Part shown: piece after piece, positions 13,165-25,898 of the stretch
Layout: every line of letters starts with the position of its first letter
Position numbering within the stretch: the first letter of the stretch is position 1
Assembly (NCBI GenBank): GCA_013239625.1
Contig: MU053304.1
Coordinates: forward strand, 496,001-560,000
DNA: 64,000 nucleotides
Direction: 5' to 3'
Source of the DNA: Lama guanicoe
Taxonomy: Eukaryota
Notes under the pieces: model-generated
What the model saw: the letters and a program-made list of their open reading frames with translations, nothing else
What the model was told of the DNA's origin: nothing
The model's database searches: none
Program-made: the position numbers and the translations under genes

Positions 13165-13405
13165 AGGCAGGCTTGCATAAGAGTAGGGAATTTGGAGTCA
13201 GATGCGTTTGAGTTCAAATTCACACTTCACCTGGCTGTGTGATTTTACATCAGGGATTTAAGTTTACGGAGCCTCAGTTTCCTTATCTGCTAAGTGGACA
13301 TAATAATAATGCCTGTTTCCTAGGTTGTGAGAAGTAGGTGAGATGAAGGATGGAAAGCCTGCAGCACGGTGACAGGCACACTGAAGGCGTGTGATAAACG
13401 GTGGT
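13165..13405 (+). mobile_element. MIR SINE
   Basis: 'ggagtcagatgcgtttgagttcaaat...gagcctcagtttccttatctgc...taataataatgcctg'. Confidence 0.8.
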
Positions 13406-15426
13406 GATTGTGGGTGCTGGTGTGCTTTTGGCTTCTAACTGGGCCTCTCTGCTCTGCTTCCTGCTCCCATGTCTGCATCCTGTGACCCATGACACAAGGC
13501 AGAGTGTTAGGCCAGGCCGTGCAGACAGTCCTCCCCCAGTGTTTAGAATGGCTGCAAGCAGTTCCCCACAACCCAGCTAGGAATACTTTACACCTAGACC
13601 ACATGCATTGCTTGCTTCATACAGATGTGAATACACGTCCAGGTGACCTGATTTTTCCAAAGCCTGAATTGGAACACCTGGTCTGATCAGGCAGCTGTAT
13701 TTATGGGGCTGAACAGGCAAGATGTTTGAAAAGAGTCCTTACCTACTCCCCATTTTCTGGCCTTGGCACATTTGGCCACCTGGGGGAGCCCTCTGTCCCC
13801 TTCGGTCAGAGGGAGTGGAGGGGGGAATGTGTGAAAAGGGGAGGGGTGCCGGCTGCTCTGGGGACCAAGGAAAGGCCAGGAGTGGAGTGGGGAGCTGCAT
13901 GCCCTAAGAAGTGTCCCTTCTAGGATCCAGGCCAAGAGTTAACCCATCTGCTGCTAGCCTCCACCCCTTATGCTCCAGGGGCCTCCAGTTCTGGGTAGAG
14001 ATGCCTGAGGGGGGGAGGGGGCTGGGGGGATTTGACCTCCTTGGGAGTAGCGTCAGCAGAAGAGAGAACGTTGCATTCTGTGCAGATGACCGAGCCCCTC
14101 AGTGCCCACCCCGGGGTGGCTCAGGATGGGTACTGCGTGGGGGGGTGTGAGTGTGTGTGTGACTTCTCAGAGCACTGGGATTCGCAGATGAGCCAAGCTG
14201 TCTGAAGCCCTGCAGAGCCCTCTGGGAACCTTCCCCTGGTCATCTGGCCCATGACCGTCTCAGTGTATCAGTGCTGGTGTTCACCAGGCAGAGCCCAGAG
14301 CCAGTGCTCCCACTGGCTCCTCTGAGCCTTGGTCGTCCTGTGCTGGCCCCTGATAAGGGAGGTCGCTTGCTTCTAAATTCTCATGGGACCTGGCAGGTCA
14401 CTTCCAAGTTGTCTTCCCCACTTTACAGCTGAGACTGAGGCACAGAGGATGAAGGTGCTTGCCCAAGGCCACTCAGCTGGTGGGCAGTGAGGCCTCTTGG
14501 AACCCAAGGTGTCTGATGCCCCACTCCCCACCACCCTCTGCCATTCTTGAGGGGAGAACTCGAGCACTGAGACCCAGGCAAACAGAGGGACCCACAGGAG
14601 GACAGAAGAGCCAGGCGAGCAGGGAAGAGGAGCCTGCTGAGCAGGACGTGGCACCGCAGAGACAAGCCTTTGAGGGGTTCCAGGGTGGCCATGGGCTGAG
14701 GAATGAGGAGGGCAGGAGGTGGGCATGGACATCCTTTTCTGGAGGAGGGCTGTGAGGACAGGGAGCCGAGAGGCAGGTGGGCTCAGGGCACTTGTGTTAA
14801 CATGGAGGGACTTGGTGGCTTCAGTGTTGATGGGAAGGAGCCAACACTGAGGAGAAAGGTGGAGTCAGGTGCTCTGGAATGGGGAGGGGAGGGGGGAGCC
14901 AGCAAAGCAGCAGAGCCACCTCTGCTTCCTCACTGGGGACAGAGATCTAAGCTGTTTGCAGGTGACAGAGGCAGGAAGTGGGCTGCCCTTTGGAGAGGGG
15001 CTCTCTTTTCTCTGGGCCCTGGATGGTGGGAAGGAGCCAAGATATGGGGTGCAGAAAGGGGAGGGGATGGGGCTCTCCAGTGGGCTCAGGGCTAAGAGCC
15101 CTGAGGGGACAATGCCCAGAGACAGCCTCCCAGGTCTGTAACTGTCCCCTGTGCCTCCTTCTTCTGAGGCTCTCCGCCAGCTCTTCAGGGGTACTCCAAG
15201 GACCTTGAAGAACTGAGGCTCATGGATTTGGGGAGAAAACAAGAGTTTCAGTAAAATGAGGACCTCTGTCCTTGTCCAAGGTCTGAAAGGGCTTTGAAAC
15301 TGCCAGGTGGTCTAGGTCTAAGGTGTTTTTGGTGTTCTCCACTAGGCAGGGGGAGGGAAGAAAGTGGGGGTGGACCCCCATCTTCTCATGGGGGGCTCTG
15401 ACTGACCCTCCTTTCCCCACCTCCCA

Positions 15427-15437
15427 GGAAATTCCCC
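15427..15437 (-). promoter_or_regulatory. Consensus NF-kB site
   Basis: GGAAATTCCCC, reading GGGGAATTTCC on the minus strand; motif match only. Confidence 0.35.
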
Positions 15438-18400
15438 GGGTTTGACTGGGGCTCATTCTGTACTAAGGTCTTGGAAGCTATCTCTTCCTCAATCCACTCA
15501 GCCCCCAACCAAGACCCCCTGCAGTCCACTCCCAGAGTAGTGAGGCCTGGAGGGTGGCCCTGCATGCCAGGGCTTGGAAGCCCCTCCCTGTGGCCCATTC
15601 TGCTCCCTGACGCCCGCAGCCTGGGGAACAGATGGCCTTGCTCTCCCTCCCTGACTGTTCCTCAGTAAACCCTATGGGGCCCTTTGGCTCCTTCTTGTGG
15701 CCTACCCAGTCTCCCCCTCTCACTTTGGGAAGCAACAAGCTGAAAAGAGACAACATCTGGATCTCCCCAGGGCCCCAGTGGCCCGGCTGCCTGCGTGGGC
15801 AGCAGTCTCAGGAACACCGCCCCCTCTCCCAGCGCTGGTGTCAACCTGCCCAGCCTCATGTGAGTGTCTGGCATCCTTTGAGGCAGGGTCCCAAGCTTGG
15901 CCCCAGAACCTAAAGGGCCTGGCCTACAGAGACACCTACTCAAAGGCACAGCTGTCCCTGTTATAGTGGGCGGCCAGCCAGCTCCTCAAAGGTCTTTGGC
16001 ATATGAGCCCCAGACCCACAGGGCCAACTCAGCCCCAGACTGAAAGACATTCTGCTTTGAGCCTGGGTGGGGACAGATGCCACCCACAGTCTGTGGGATG
16101 ACACGGGACACAAGTGACTGCAGAAGGGGCAGAATGCTGTGCATTTCATTGGGCCAGGGACCAAGGACCCTGGGCTCAGGCAGGGGAGGTATGGCTTCCA
16201 AATGGACTCTCGAACCCAGCAGGTCATTGCCACCATGCATTGGTGCCCAGTCTACTTCTCTCTTCCAGGACACCCAGGTGCCAGGCCACTGGCACTGAGA
16301 CATATAGTCTCCCTGGGTCTTGTCAGAAGGAACAAACACTGACTGATTTAGATATTGGGCTCTCATTTGCATTTTACCCAGGCTCTGGCCTTGACCTTCT
16401 CCACCCTGCTCCTTCTCACATAGGCTGAGTCTCATCCAGCCCACTCTCTGAGAATCAGATAATTACACATCAGCAGGCAGATCTGGGATCCAGGGACTGA
16501 GGGCCAAGGAGCAGAGTGACCTGCCTGAGATCATCCAGCCAGTGAGGGTCAGAGCTGGATCTCAACCTTGGCCCTGAAAACCCATCCAGGGTTCTACCCC
16601 TCTCCCACCTCCCATGCCCTGCAACCCACAGCCTGCCTTAGATGGGCCACACAAAGTTCCAGAGGGCTCTCTCAGGCTCTCTAAGTCCTGGGGCAGGAGC
16701 CAGGGGCCTGGGCCTGGGCCTGAGCCTGTCTGCAAATCCACACCACTGGCAGCAGGCAGGGAGGGAGTCACCTGCCTCCACTTGGAGTCAGCACAGTGGG
16801 GAAAGGTTGACAGAGTGAGTGTGTGCGGGAGCCGAGTGGAGGGCAGGAGATGTGAGGTAGTGTCTGGATGTGAAGTCTGCTCTCCTTGGCACATCTGGGC
16901 CCTGCCACTGAGCCCTGTGGTGTGGGGGCTGAGTGGGTGTCCTCCTGGAGCTAGGCTGAGCCAGCAGCCCCAATGCCCTCCCGGCCCTCTTCTGGGACAG
17001 CATTGGATTCTGCTGGCCTGAGAGCCTGTGGAGCTGGACGGCCAGGAAAGCCGCCATCACAGGGCCTCTCCAAAGCCTTCCTTTCCTTCTCAGACTCGGG
17101 AGAATTTTATCTTCCTTTCGGTTGCCCTGCACTGACCTTGTTGGTTTCTGGGGTTTCCTCTCTGTCACAATGATCCTGCAGTGGGTGTCAGCAGGAACAA
17201 TGTTCCTGCCCCTCCCTCCCCCTCTGGCCTCATGCCCCTCCCCCACTGGCCAGGCCGCTGCCTGCGCTCCGCCCACCGCTGGGTCAGGCACCTAAGACCT
17301 GGAATGATGCCTGCCCCCTCCCTGGCTGACAGCCATTCCTCTTAGAGGGTAGGCATTCTGGGTGGCAAAAGGCTCCTTCAGGGGAGGAAAACCTCTCTGT
17401 ACAGAGGTCCCTGTCCTTCCTATGTGGACTTTGTAGACCTTCGTCTGCCTTCTGTCTGCAAGTTCAGGGCAGGCCTAGGCCCAGATGGATTCTCAGGCCA
17501 CCAGAGGCAGCCTCAGGGCCAGAGCTGCCTCTGGCTCAGAGCCTCCTCCACCCTTCATCAGATCCACAAACTTAGGACAGGAGGTGCGATTCTGCCCTGG
17601 CCCTAAACTGCAGTGGGGCGGAGGAGCAGGCGTCCAAGGTGTGGACGCTGACCAGGGATTGCTCCCCACTGCCTAGCTATCCAGGAGTCAGTCAACAAAC
17701 ACATATTAACTCCTAGCTGTCTGTTCACAGCTACCCTGCACTGTTTAGCTTTGTGGGAGGGCAAAGCTGAGCCACAGTGTCCAGAAACCCTGGGGCCCTT
17801 GGGACCTCCACCATCATGGTCGGGGATCTGCTGATTACCTGATTACAAATCTTAGCTGGGGAGAGCCCTGAAGCTTGCTGAGCCAAGGTCACGTTCTGAC
17901 ATCTTTGCCCATAACCAGAGTCTCGGCCCCATAAGCAAGTCCCGCCCAGGAGCCCCCTGAGATGCCACCTGGCACCAAGGGCCCTTCCCAGGGCACAGCA
18001 CCATTGCCATGTGCACCAAGGAGCCCTCCCCTCTGTTAAAATTGTGAAAGTTAAAGTTACAGCTGTGCCACACAAAGGACCAGTCTCAGGCTCAGAGAGA
18101 TGCAACCGCAGTAGGATGCTAAAAATAAGGCCTTGCAAGGTCAGGCCGTGTGGATGAGAATACAGAGCACATATTGAGAGGCACGCCCCACTCTGCTTCA
18201 GGCACATCTGGGGAACTGCGTTCACTTCAGAGTCCACTGCTGAGAAGAAGAACTGCCACCAGTGCAGTAGCAGGGTGGGAAGGATGAAAGAGGATTCTGG
18301 AAACCTGGTCACATGCGGGATGGGGGGAAAGCTGGTGTGGTTTGGCCCAGAGTGGACGGTTTCAAGGTGGAACTTGGGCAAACATTCAGTATTGCTTCAT

Positions 18401-18504
18401 CATTAATTCTAACAACATGTTCACTGAACAACACCCCGCCCTGACCCAGCACTGCGGGGCAGCAGGACTCTCCTGGTCGTCACAGAGCACACACTCGGAC
18501 AGAC

Positions 18505-18685
18505 AAGGACCATGGAGATGGACATTAAAGAAGGCAGATTTCAACTCTGTACAAGACAGAACACAGCGAAGTAGTGAGTTCCCTGCCACTGGAAGCAATC
18601 CAGGAATTCAGTGGAAGAGATTTCTGCTTCAGGTAGCTGGGGTGAATGAGAAGACGACTAAGATGCCTTCTAATCTAAGACTTGG
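18505..18685 (+). mobile_element. Ancient CR1/L3 or MIR3-type 3' fragment
   Basis: 'gtagtgagttccctgccactggaagc...gatgccttctaatctaagact' resembles the L3/MIR3 tail. Confidence 0.5.
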
Positions 18686-21600
18686 CCTTTTTATCTGTGT
18701 GTGGATCACACAGTGTCTCCTGCTTTTGAGAACCCATTTCCCCATCTCCCTTCTTCAGATTCCTTGCAGATCTCTCCCCAGTGTGAAAAGAGAATCTTAA
18801 AACTGAACAGTCTATCCACTGATGTCCTGTGTCAGTGCACTGGGCAACGACGGCCATTGCCATCTTCCCGACAGGATTCTTTACTTCAGCTCCTGGAGCC
18901 TCACGTCCCACAGAAGAGTGGTTCTCTAACTGGGGGGCTCAAATCCTGCTGGGTCCCACTGAGCCAGGGTGGGGCTGGAGATGACTTTCCCAGTATTGAG
19001 CAGAAAGGCGACAGTTGGGGCATGAGTGTCCCAAGACTCAGGAACAGACCCCAGGGAGCCAGGGATCAAGGGCTGCAGGAGGAGGGGCGGGAGTCTCAGG
19101 GAGCTGGTGGGGAGGGCCTGGAGCCAGGCCTGGGGAGCTTCTCCCTCAGCCTGGTGGGGGTGGTGCTGCTCTGACTCGACCGGGATTATTTCTCAGATGC
19201 AGCCTCAAATCATACTCCCTGAAATCAGACCAATTAGATAGTCACTGGGCTGAGCAAGGACCCCACTAAAAGCCCCATTTTAAAAAGATCCCATAGGGAA
19301 CCTGCCCTGTCACATATCAAAGTCTGCTCAAAGGCTGCAGTACTGAAGTGAGATACTAGCCCAGGAATCCAGAATTGTTCAGGGGATGAGAACAGACACC
19401 CCCAGAACCCGGCCTGTGGGGTGTCAGAGCTGGGGCTGCACTAATCATACTCTGGGAAGTGGGGTATCTGCTCAGGCCGCTGTCCCCGTGCCCTTGCCCC
19501 CCAGTGCAGGGTCCCTGGAGTCCTGCCCTTGCAGTAGGAAGGTAGCTTCTCCTGCCCCATGTTTTGATGTCAAGCCCTCCGGGAGGGCTAGAGCCTGAAG
19601 CCCGCCTGGGACAGAAAGGCATTTCCAGTGATGCAGCTTACCCACTTCCCATCCGCGGGCTGTCCCTCCCATGAGTCACCCTGTTATCCCCCATGGCCAA
19701 ATATAGCTCCCAAAGCCAAGGAGGGTGCAGTATTGTGCTGCATTGTGCAGATGGGTCAGGGAGGGGCCAGGCTGGTCCCCTGTACTATGGGTGCAGGTAG
19801 CCCACCCCTCCCTTGCCCAGGCCCGAGGTCTCTGGCTGAACCTCAGACGTCAGGGACACTTTCCCACAAGTGCAGGGGAAGTTGAGGAGAGACAGGATCC
19901 GGCAGAGAAGCAGTGACCACTTCCTCCTAGGGGAACGTGGGACATGGTCCAGGGGACAAAGAACAGGGCAGGGGGCCTTTCCTCTTTGTCTAGTCCACAT
20001 GAGGCCGAGATCCCACTAAGCAGTGGCGACCCTGCCTCTGAGAGCCAGGGTGGCCGCGATCACCCAGGGCGTATCCGGCTGTCCCCAGCTGCTGCCTCCC
20101 CCATCCCGGGCACCGCCCCGGCCCTCAGAGCCACCACATAAGGAAATGTTTGTGCCTCGGCGGCGGCTTCTGGGCAGTGGCTCTGCTGGCTCCCTCCTCC
20201 CTCCCTCCCTCCGGGAAGGGGCCCCGGACTGGGGCGGTCTGACCCCAGAGGAACCGCCCTGAGCCGGGGCAGGGAGACCCGCCCAGCCCCGGACTGGCCA
20301 TCGCAACCAAGGGTCCGGGAGGTGGAGTGTGGAGAGCTGTGAGGTGGGTGGGCGTGGGCCAGGATTAGTGGTCCTGCTGGAGGGGGACCCCCTGCCCAGT
20401 TGGACACCGTTCCCTCTGTCCCCTCTCTCCCCAGCCAACTGCTTGAGCAGGGCTGCCTGAAAGGGGTGGGGGGTGAGGGCGGTGAGGGGGGAGGGCCAGA
20501 CACAACTGGGACAACCAGGACCTGGCTTTGCAATCTCAGAGGCACCACGCCCTGCAGTTTCTGACCATAGCCGAGGGGAACAGCGTGGACTGATGGTCTC
20601 CCTGAAGAAATCAGCCCGCTACCCCAGCTCTCCCACCCCTGGAGCCAGAGCAATGTCTAATTTCTCTGGGTTGTGACTTAGGCACCCTGAACCCCAGCCA
20701 CAGCTTAGAGAGGAAACATTTTATAACCTGCCTGCTGGCTGGCAAGGTCAGGCTCACATGGGCTGACTCCCCTTCTGGAGTTTTCCATTAAATTATTTAC
20801 ACAGAACAAGCCCACAGACCTCTGCAGGAAGTCGGCAGACACAAGGTGGCATTTATTCTTCTGCAGTCACATTTTTCGAGGGATCCATCCTCTATTAGAT
20901 GTGACCCTTTGGAGGTAAGAAGCCTTCTAGCCTTCAAGGGGTGGAGTCTTCTAGTTCCCTGTGGTTAACTCTTGGGAGCCAGAGAAATTCGCCACCAGGT
21001 GTTTCCTGGGCCATGCCCAACACAGAATTCAAAGGGGGCAGCTCTGGCCCCTGCTGAGGGGCAGGGGGTGTGGGGAGCCCACCTCTGGAGCCCATACTCC
21101 AGGGAAGTGCCGCTGAGGGATGAGGACATCACCCAGATCCTTAGGCCTTTGGAATGTAGAGCAGTGATCCAGCGCAACTTGCCCACTCAGCAGGGGAGGA
21201 GGTGGGACCACCTCACCTACTTCCAGGTGATACAGAATTTATTTAGATCAGATCTCAGGCTTGGTTTCCTAGGAGGATCCAGCCTGTGGCTCTGCTGGTG
21301 GATTAGAATGGAGGAAAAACTTGCCCCAAGCCTGAGTGGCAGGAACAACAAACTGCTTATCCCCAGGCCCCACCTCCCAGGCAGGCAGGGCCGCCCAGAA
21401 GTGGCTACCGAGAGGGCTCAGCAGGATCGCCCTTAAGGACAGCCCGGGGGTTGTCCAGACCCACAACCTGCGCACCCCCACCCCCACCCCAACTCGGGTC
21501 TGAGGAGGGTCCCTGCTCATTCTTTCTGTATAAAGTGGCTGGTGCTTCTGAGCATGTGTCAGCTCCCCCCACCCCCCCACTCCCTGGTAACATGGACTAT

Positions 21601-23849
21601 GGACCATGCCCAGGCCTGGGCAGCTGTGAAAAGGATGCAGGAGAGGGAAGATGTACTTGATAAGGTCACTCCCCATGTGGGGAGCAGGGCATGTGTCCAT
21701 CCAATCCACAGGCCCTTTTAATTCAAGATGCGCAGGGGCAGCCCAGTGTGCTATAATACACACTGCATGGACTTCCCATGAGCATATCAAGTATGAAGAA
21801 ACTATTTGTCCATTCTTGGACCCTGGTATCCTGCAGTTTGGGTCTCTAAGGTCCTAGAAGCCGGAAGTGTCTGGTTGCCATATCCCTAGCCCTAACATAG
21901 GCCTAATTCACAGCATGTGCTCTGAAAGTATCTTTTGGGTGACAGGGGGAAAAAAAGGCCTTCATTTCAGTTCACAAAGATCTGGATCTCACCAAAAAGG
22001 CTATCCTGTGAAGTGGCCCTTTCTCCAGCATGAGACATTAGGGGAGCAGGGGATGATGTTGTAGAGGGATTTCCAATGGGAACGTAGAGGTATGTTAGAG
22101 GAGGTGGACTTTTATGCCCTTAAAAGGTACCTAGGCATACTGAATACAACAGGAGAATATCTGTAACCATATGAAAGATACACAAAGGAGGTGGTCCTTT
22201 GATGGAAAGGAATGGAGGGCCAGACAAGAAGACTGCTAGAGTCAGTCCACTTCAAATGCCATCATCCTATGTTCACTAAACACTTTGCAGTATCTCCCTC
22301 CATCCGCACTGTCAGATGCTTGCCCAGGTACCCAGCTGGTAAAGGGCAGTGCTGGGGCTTGAGTCTGCGCCCCTCTCCTGGGAAGAAGTCTGTGTGCAAC
22401 ACAGAAAGGCCAGAAGCAGCAGGTGGTGTAAACTCGAGAGACCACAATCCCCCATCCTGCTTTCCCTCCCTGGGGAAGCCACTTTCCTGCTGAGCTGGGT
22501 CCCCAAGTCTTTTGTCTCCCTGGGCCCCACACACCCTCCTCTCTATCCCCTGCGCTCTCTCAAATAACAATTTGGTGGCACCTCCTGTTTAAATGCCTCA
22601 CCTGAGCCGGAATCTGGGGCTTGACTCCTGATATCCTCTTCAGTTAAGGCCTGGCCAGGCTAGACTGGCCTTGGTTCATGGCTTCCTCCAAGAACCCTTT
22701 CCTGACCTTTGTGGGCCAGGCGCTTCCTTCAGAGCTGCATCATGATGCCCTTAACTGCCCATTTCTCTGTCAGTTTCCTCACTAGCCCTTAGACACTACA
22801 TCATGGTCACTATGTACCCCCAGTGCAAAGTCAGGTCCACAACATGAACCCATAAATGGGGTGGAAACAACAGAGAAAAGTTTAAGAATAGCATAGGGTA
22901 GCGGACAGGTGGTGATGATTTACATATAAACCCAGCAAGAGTGAATGAGTTCAAAATAGGCCAGAGACAGTGACAGTTTTCTGATGCTCCAGACTGCGGG
23001 AGGCTGGGACTGCACTTCTGGGTCTGCATCCTGGGCCACGCAAACAGGTTGGTGTGGAGCCCACAGGCAGTCTCTGAAGCCACTCCGCAGTTCATGAAAA
23101 CCCCTACTCCTGGGCTCTCCGTGTGCCTGGAGCCACGGACACCTTGACACCTTGCCCCCTATTCCGCACTGCAGGACCCTTTGCATACCTGCATCTCTGC
23201 TGGATACAAAACATCTTCTCTTGATGTGTGTTAACCCTAACAAACTAAATACCCCAAGAAATAGCCCATCTCACAATGCCTTAGGCAGACAGGCCTCATA
23301 TCCTGCCCTTATTAGAGTTACAAATCCTATTGTTTCAGAGAAGTCCCTGACAGATCTTACAACCAATCAGGTACTTGTGCACGAATTCATCACGCAGCCG
23401 CCTACTCCTCCTGTGCACAGCCCTCTCCCCACAATAAAAGACCCTGCAGGGCCTATGCACCCCTTGCCTGCATGGCCCACGGTTGCCTATAGCAGGGTAT
23501 CTATCTACTAAGCTTTCCTGAACTCTTTTCCGTCTCTGATAATTCTACCAACCCACGTCACTGGCCCACGGCATTGTGCCCAAAACAGTTGGAGCATACA
23601 CCAGATTCATTTGTGCACACATCTGTGCACACAGCAGGTTTGTGCAAACACAAGTCCATGCACACCTGGAGCTGTGTAAGCAACTAGGTAATGCAAACAA
23701 GAGTCCGAATGCGAGCACATTCTCGAGGTTGTTCACACAGTACATGGAAAATCCACGGGTTGGTGCATGCTGGAGGGTGCAGATAGGAGTTTGGGCATAC
23801 TGCAGCCCTGCAAGCTCCGGAGGTTGAGCATACACGGAAACGTGCACAC

Positions 23850-24620
23850 CCCTGGTTGCGCACACACGACGCCGTGCGCGCCCCCAAGGCCAGTTTGCAG
23901 GCTCAAACGGAGAAAACAGAAGCGCCCGTTGCCCCCACGCTTGGGCACAACCGCAGTCCCTGAGCGCCATCTTCGCCGGCGGGCAGCGGAAGGACCTGCA
24001 ATCCGCGAAGCCCTAGCGCTCAGGCCTTTGTTGTCCCAGTTTCCGGGCATCCATCACGCGGTGGCCGCGCGCGCCGGAGCACGAAATGGCGGTCGGGGGG
24101 CGGAGCGAGGGCGGGGCATCCGGGAGCTGCACCCATTCCTAACTCCGGGTAGGGCGCGCCGCCCGCCCTCTGGCGCAGGCGCACGGGGAGGCGCGCGTTC
24201 CCGCGTTCCCTCCGACGCGCGCCGGGACACAAAGGGCTGGAGGGAAAGCACGGATCGCGGCAGAGCCTACGGAGCGGCCAGGGGTCCGGAGCGGCCTGGA
24301 GCGGACTGTCGGGGCCGGAGCCGGGCTCGCCGGAACAGCGCGCTCGGGAGCGGGGTGGGGCGTTGTGTGGCGCTCCTGCCCCTCCCCTCGCCCTCCCTCA
24401 AAGGCCGGAACGGCCAGCGAGGCCGGGGCGGGCGCACAGGGCGCAGGCGCCGCGCTCGTGGCCGTCGCGGGGCGGGCCTGGCGCCTCCATTTTCTCTCGC
24501 GCGCCCTAATGGCTTAACTGGTGGCACCTTTGCCCCAGAGCGGCAGCAAGGGCTCTCCTCCGGGAAAGCCCGAGGCCTTCACGAATTTTTCCCTCGGTCT
24601 GTGCGCTTCAGCTCAAAAGC
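23850..24620. promoter_or_regulatory. CpG island 2 with GC boxes and two divergent YY1-like motifs
   Basis: CpG-dense; GCGCCATCTT 23964-23973 (minus-strand AAGATGGCGC), AAATGGCGG 24084-24092, GC boxes 24097-24105 and 24109-24116, weaker CTCF-like motif 24163-24176 (-). Confidence 0.85.
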
Positions 24621-25796
24621 AGGGCGTTGTGGCTCTTTAGAAAGTTTTCGGAATGTGATGCCCATAGTTCTTCGTAAAAGAAGAGGCAGATGCTCTCCGC
24701 AACTTAATATAGTTTGCCACTTGCTACGGCAAAGTTGGAATGTGGATTTTCGGGAAGGGTGAGGACACTGATGAACAAAAAGTAAATTTTTTTTTCCCAT
24801 TAAAGAGAGGTTTGTTAGGAGCAGTGATCAAACCTTTATTAAAAATTAATAATACATGTCTGGTAGAAATTTTTGGAAGAAATGGTAGCTGACGTTCCCT
24901 GATTAGTCATATGCCAAGCCCTGTTTTAAGTTTCATTTTCATAACCAGGTACAGACGGGGAAACAAGCACAGAGAGGTTAAGTACCCGAAAGCACTTAAA
25001 GTACAGGAAAGTAGAAAAAGTAGTAAACCCACCTTCCAAGACAACCACTCTTTTAATAAGCTGGCATGGTTCTTGCCAGTGTTTTTCTGTACCTTAAGTT
25101 CGGTTCATGTTATACATGCAGCCTATGGCATTTTTGATTAATTGGGAGAGCTGTGGTTGAGCAAACGGAAAAGAGCTCAGAGGCTTGGAGAAGTTCCTCC
25201 TGCTTCTGGTCCTCCTTTTCCTCATCTGTGGGGCCTCTTGGTCCTGCGCAGTTCTGAGATTGCACTAGGTGATGTCTGAGGAGCACCCCAGCTCTAGAAT
25301 GTTGGCAGCCGGTGACTCTAGACAATTCCTGTGACTTGTGATCATTTCTGGGAGTTGGGAGGAAAAGCCTTCTTACTCCTTGATCCCTTGTCTTCCCTGC
25401 TGTAGCACATTTTCAGGTGATAACTGCCTTACTTGGGTTTCCCAAGCTCATTTGACTCTGAGGAATGTATTTTTGCGAATCAGAATGGGTCAGTTCAGAG
25501 TGGAGAAGGCAGGGCAGGGATGAGTCCTCCTTTGTAAGTGAAGTAGCTGAGATTGAGGGTTATGAGTCTTGCCCAAGTTTATCAACTAATCGACAGTGGA
25601 GCAGAGATGCTTTATCCAACTTGAGGCATCTGCCTGGCAACCTCCCTCTCCAGGTCTGACACTTCCATAGGGTCTATAATTATGTCCATGTTTGTCTAAA
25701 CTTTAACAAGGCGGGAATCCCAACACCCAGCATTACTGATAAGTGGTAGGTGCTTCTCTTACTAGGTAAAAGTTTGTCTATTCTTAACAGCTGAGG

Positions 25797-25898
25797 TAGG
25801 GAGGGGACAGCTCAGTAGTAGAGTGCCTGTCTAGCATCCACAAAGTGCTGGGTTCTAGCCCCATGACCTCCACCTCCCCAGTAAAACGAATCAGAAAT
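25797..25898 (+). mobile_element. Camelid tRNA-derived SINE (vic-1-like), diverged copy
   Basis: 'agctcagtagtagagtgcc...ctgggttctagcccc' A/B-box head; TSD acagctgagg 25787-25796 / acagttgagg 25899-25908. Confidence 0.8.

Noticed and set aside
20972..21436. 154-aa ORF (+)
   Set aside because: Non-ATG start, no homology that I recognise, partly resembles a decayed ancient repeat
23767..24762. 331-aa ORF (+)
   Set aside because: CpG island artefact; Arg/Gly/Ala low-complexity, no family resemblance
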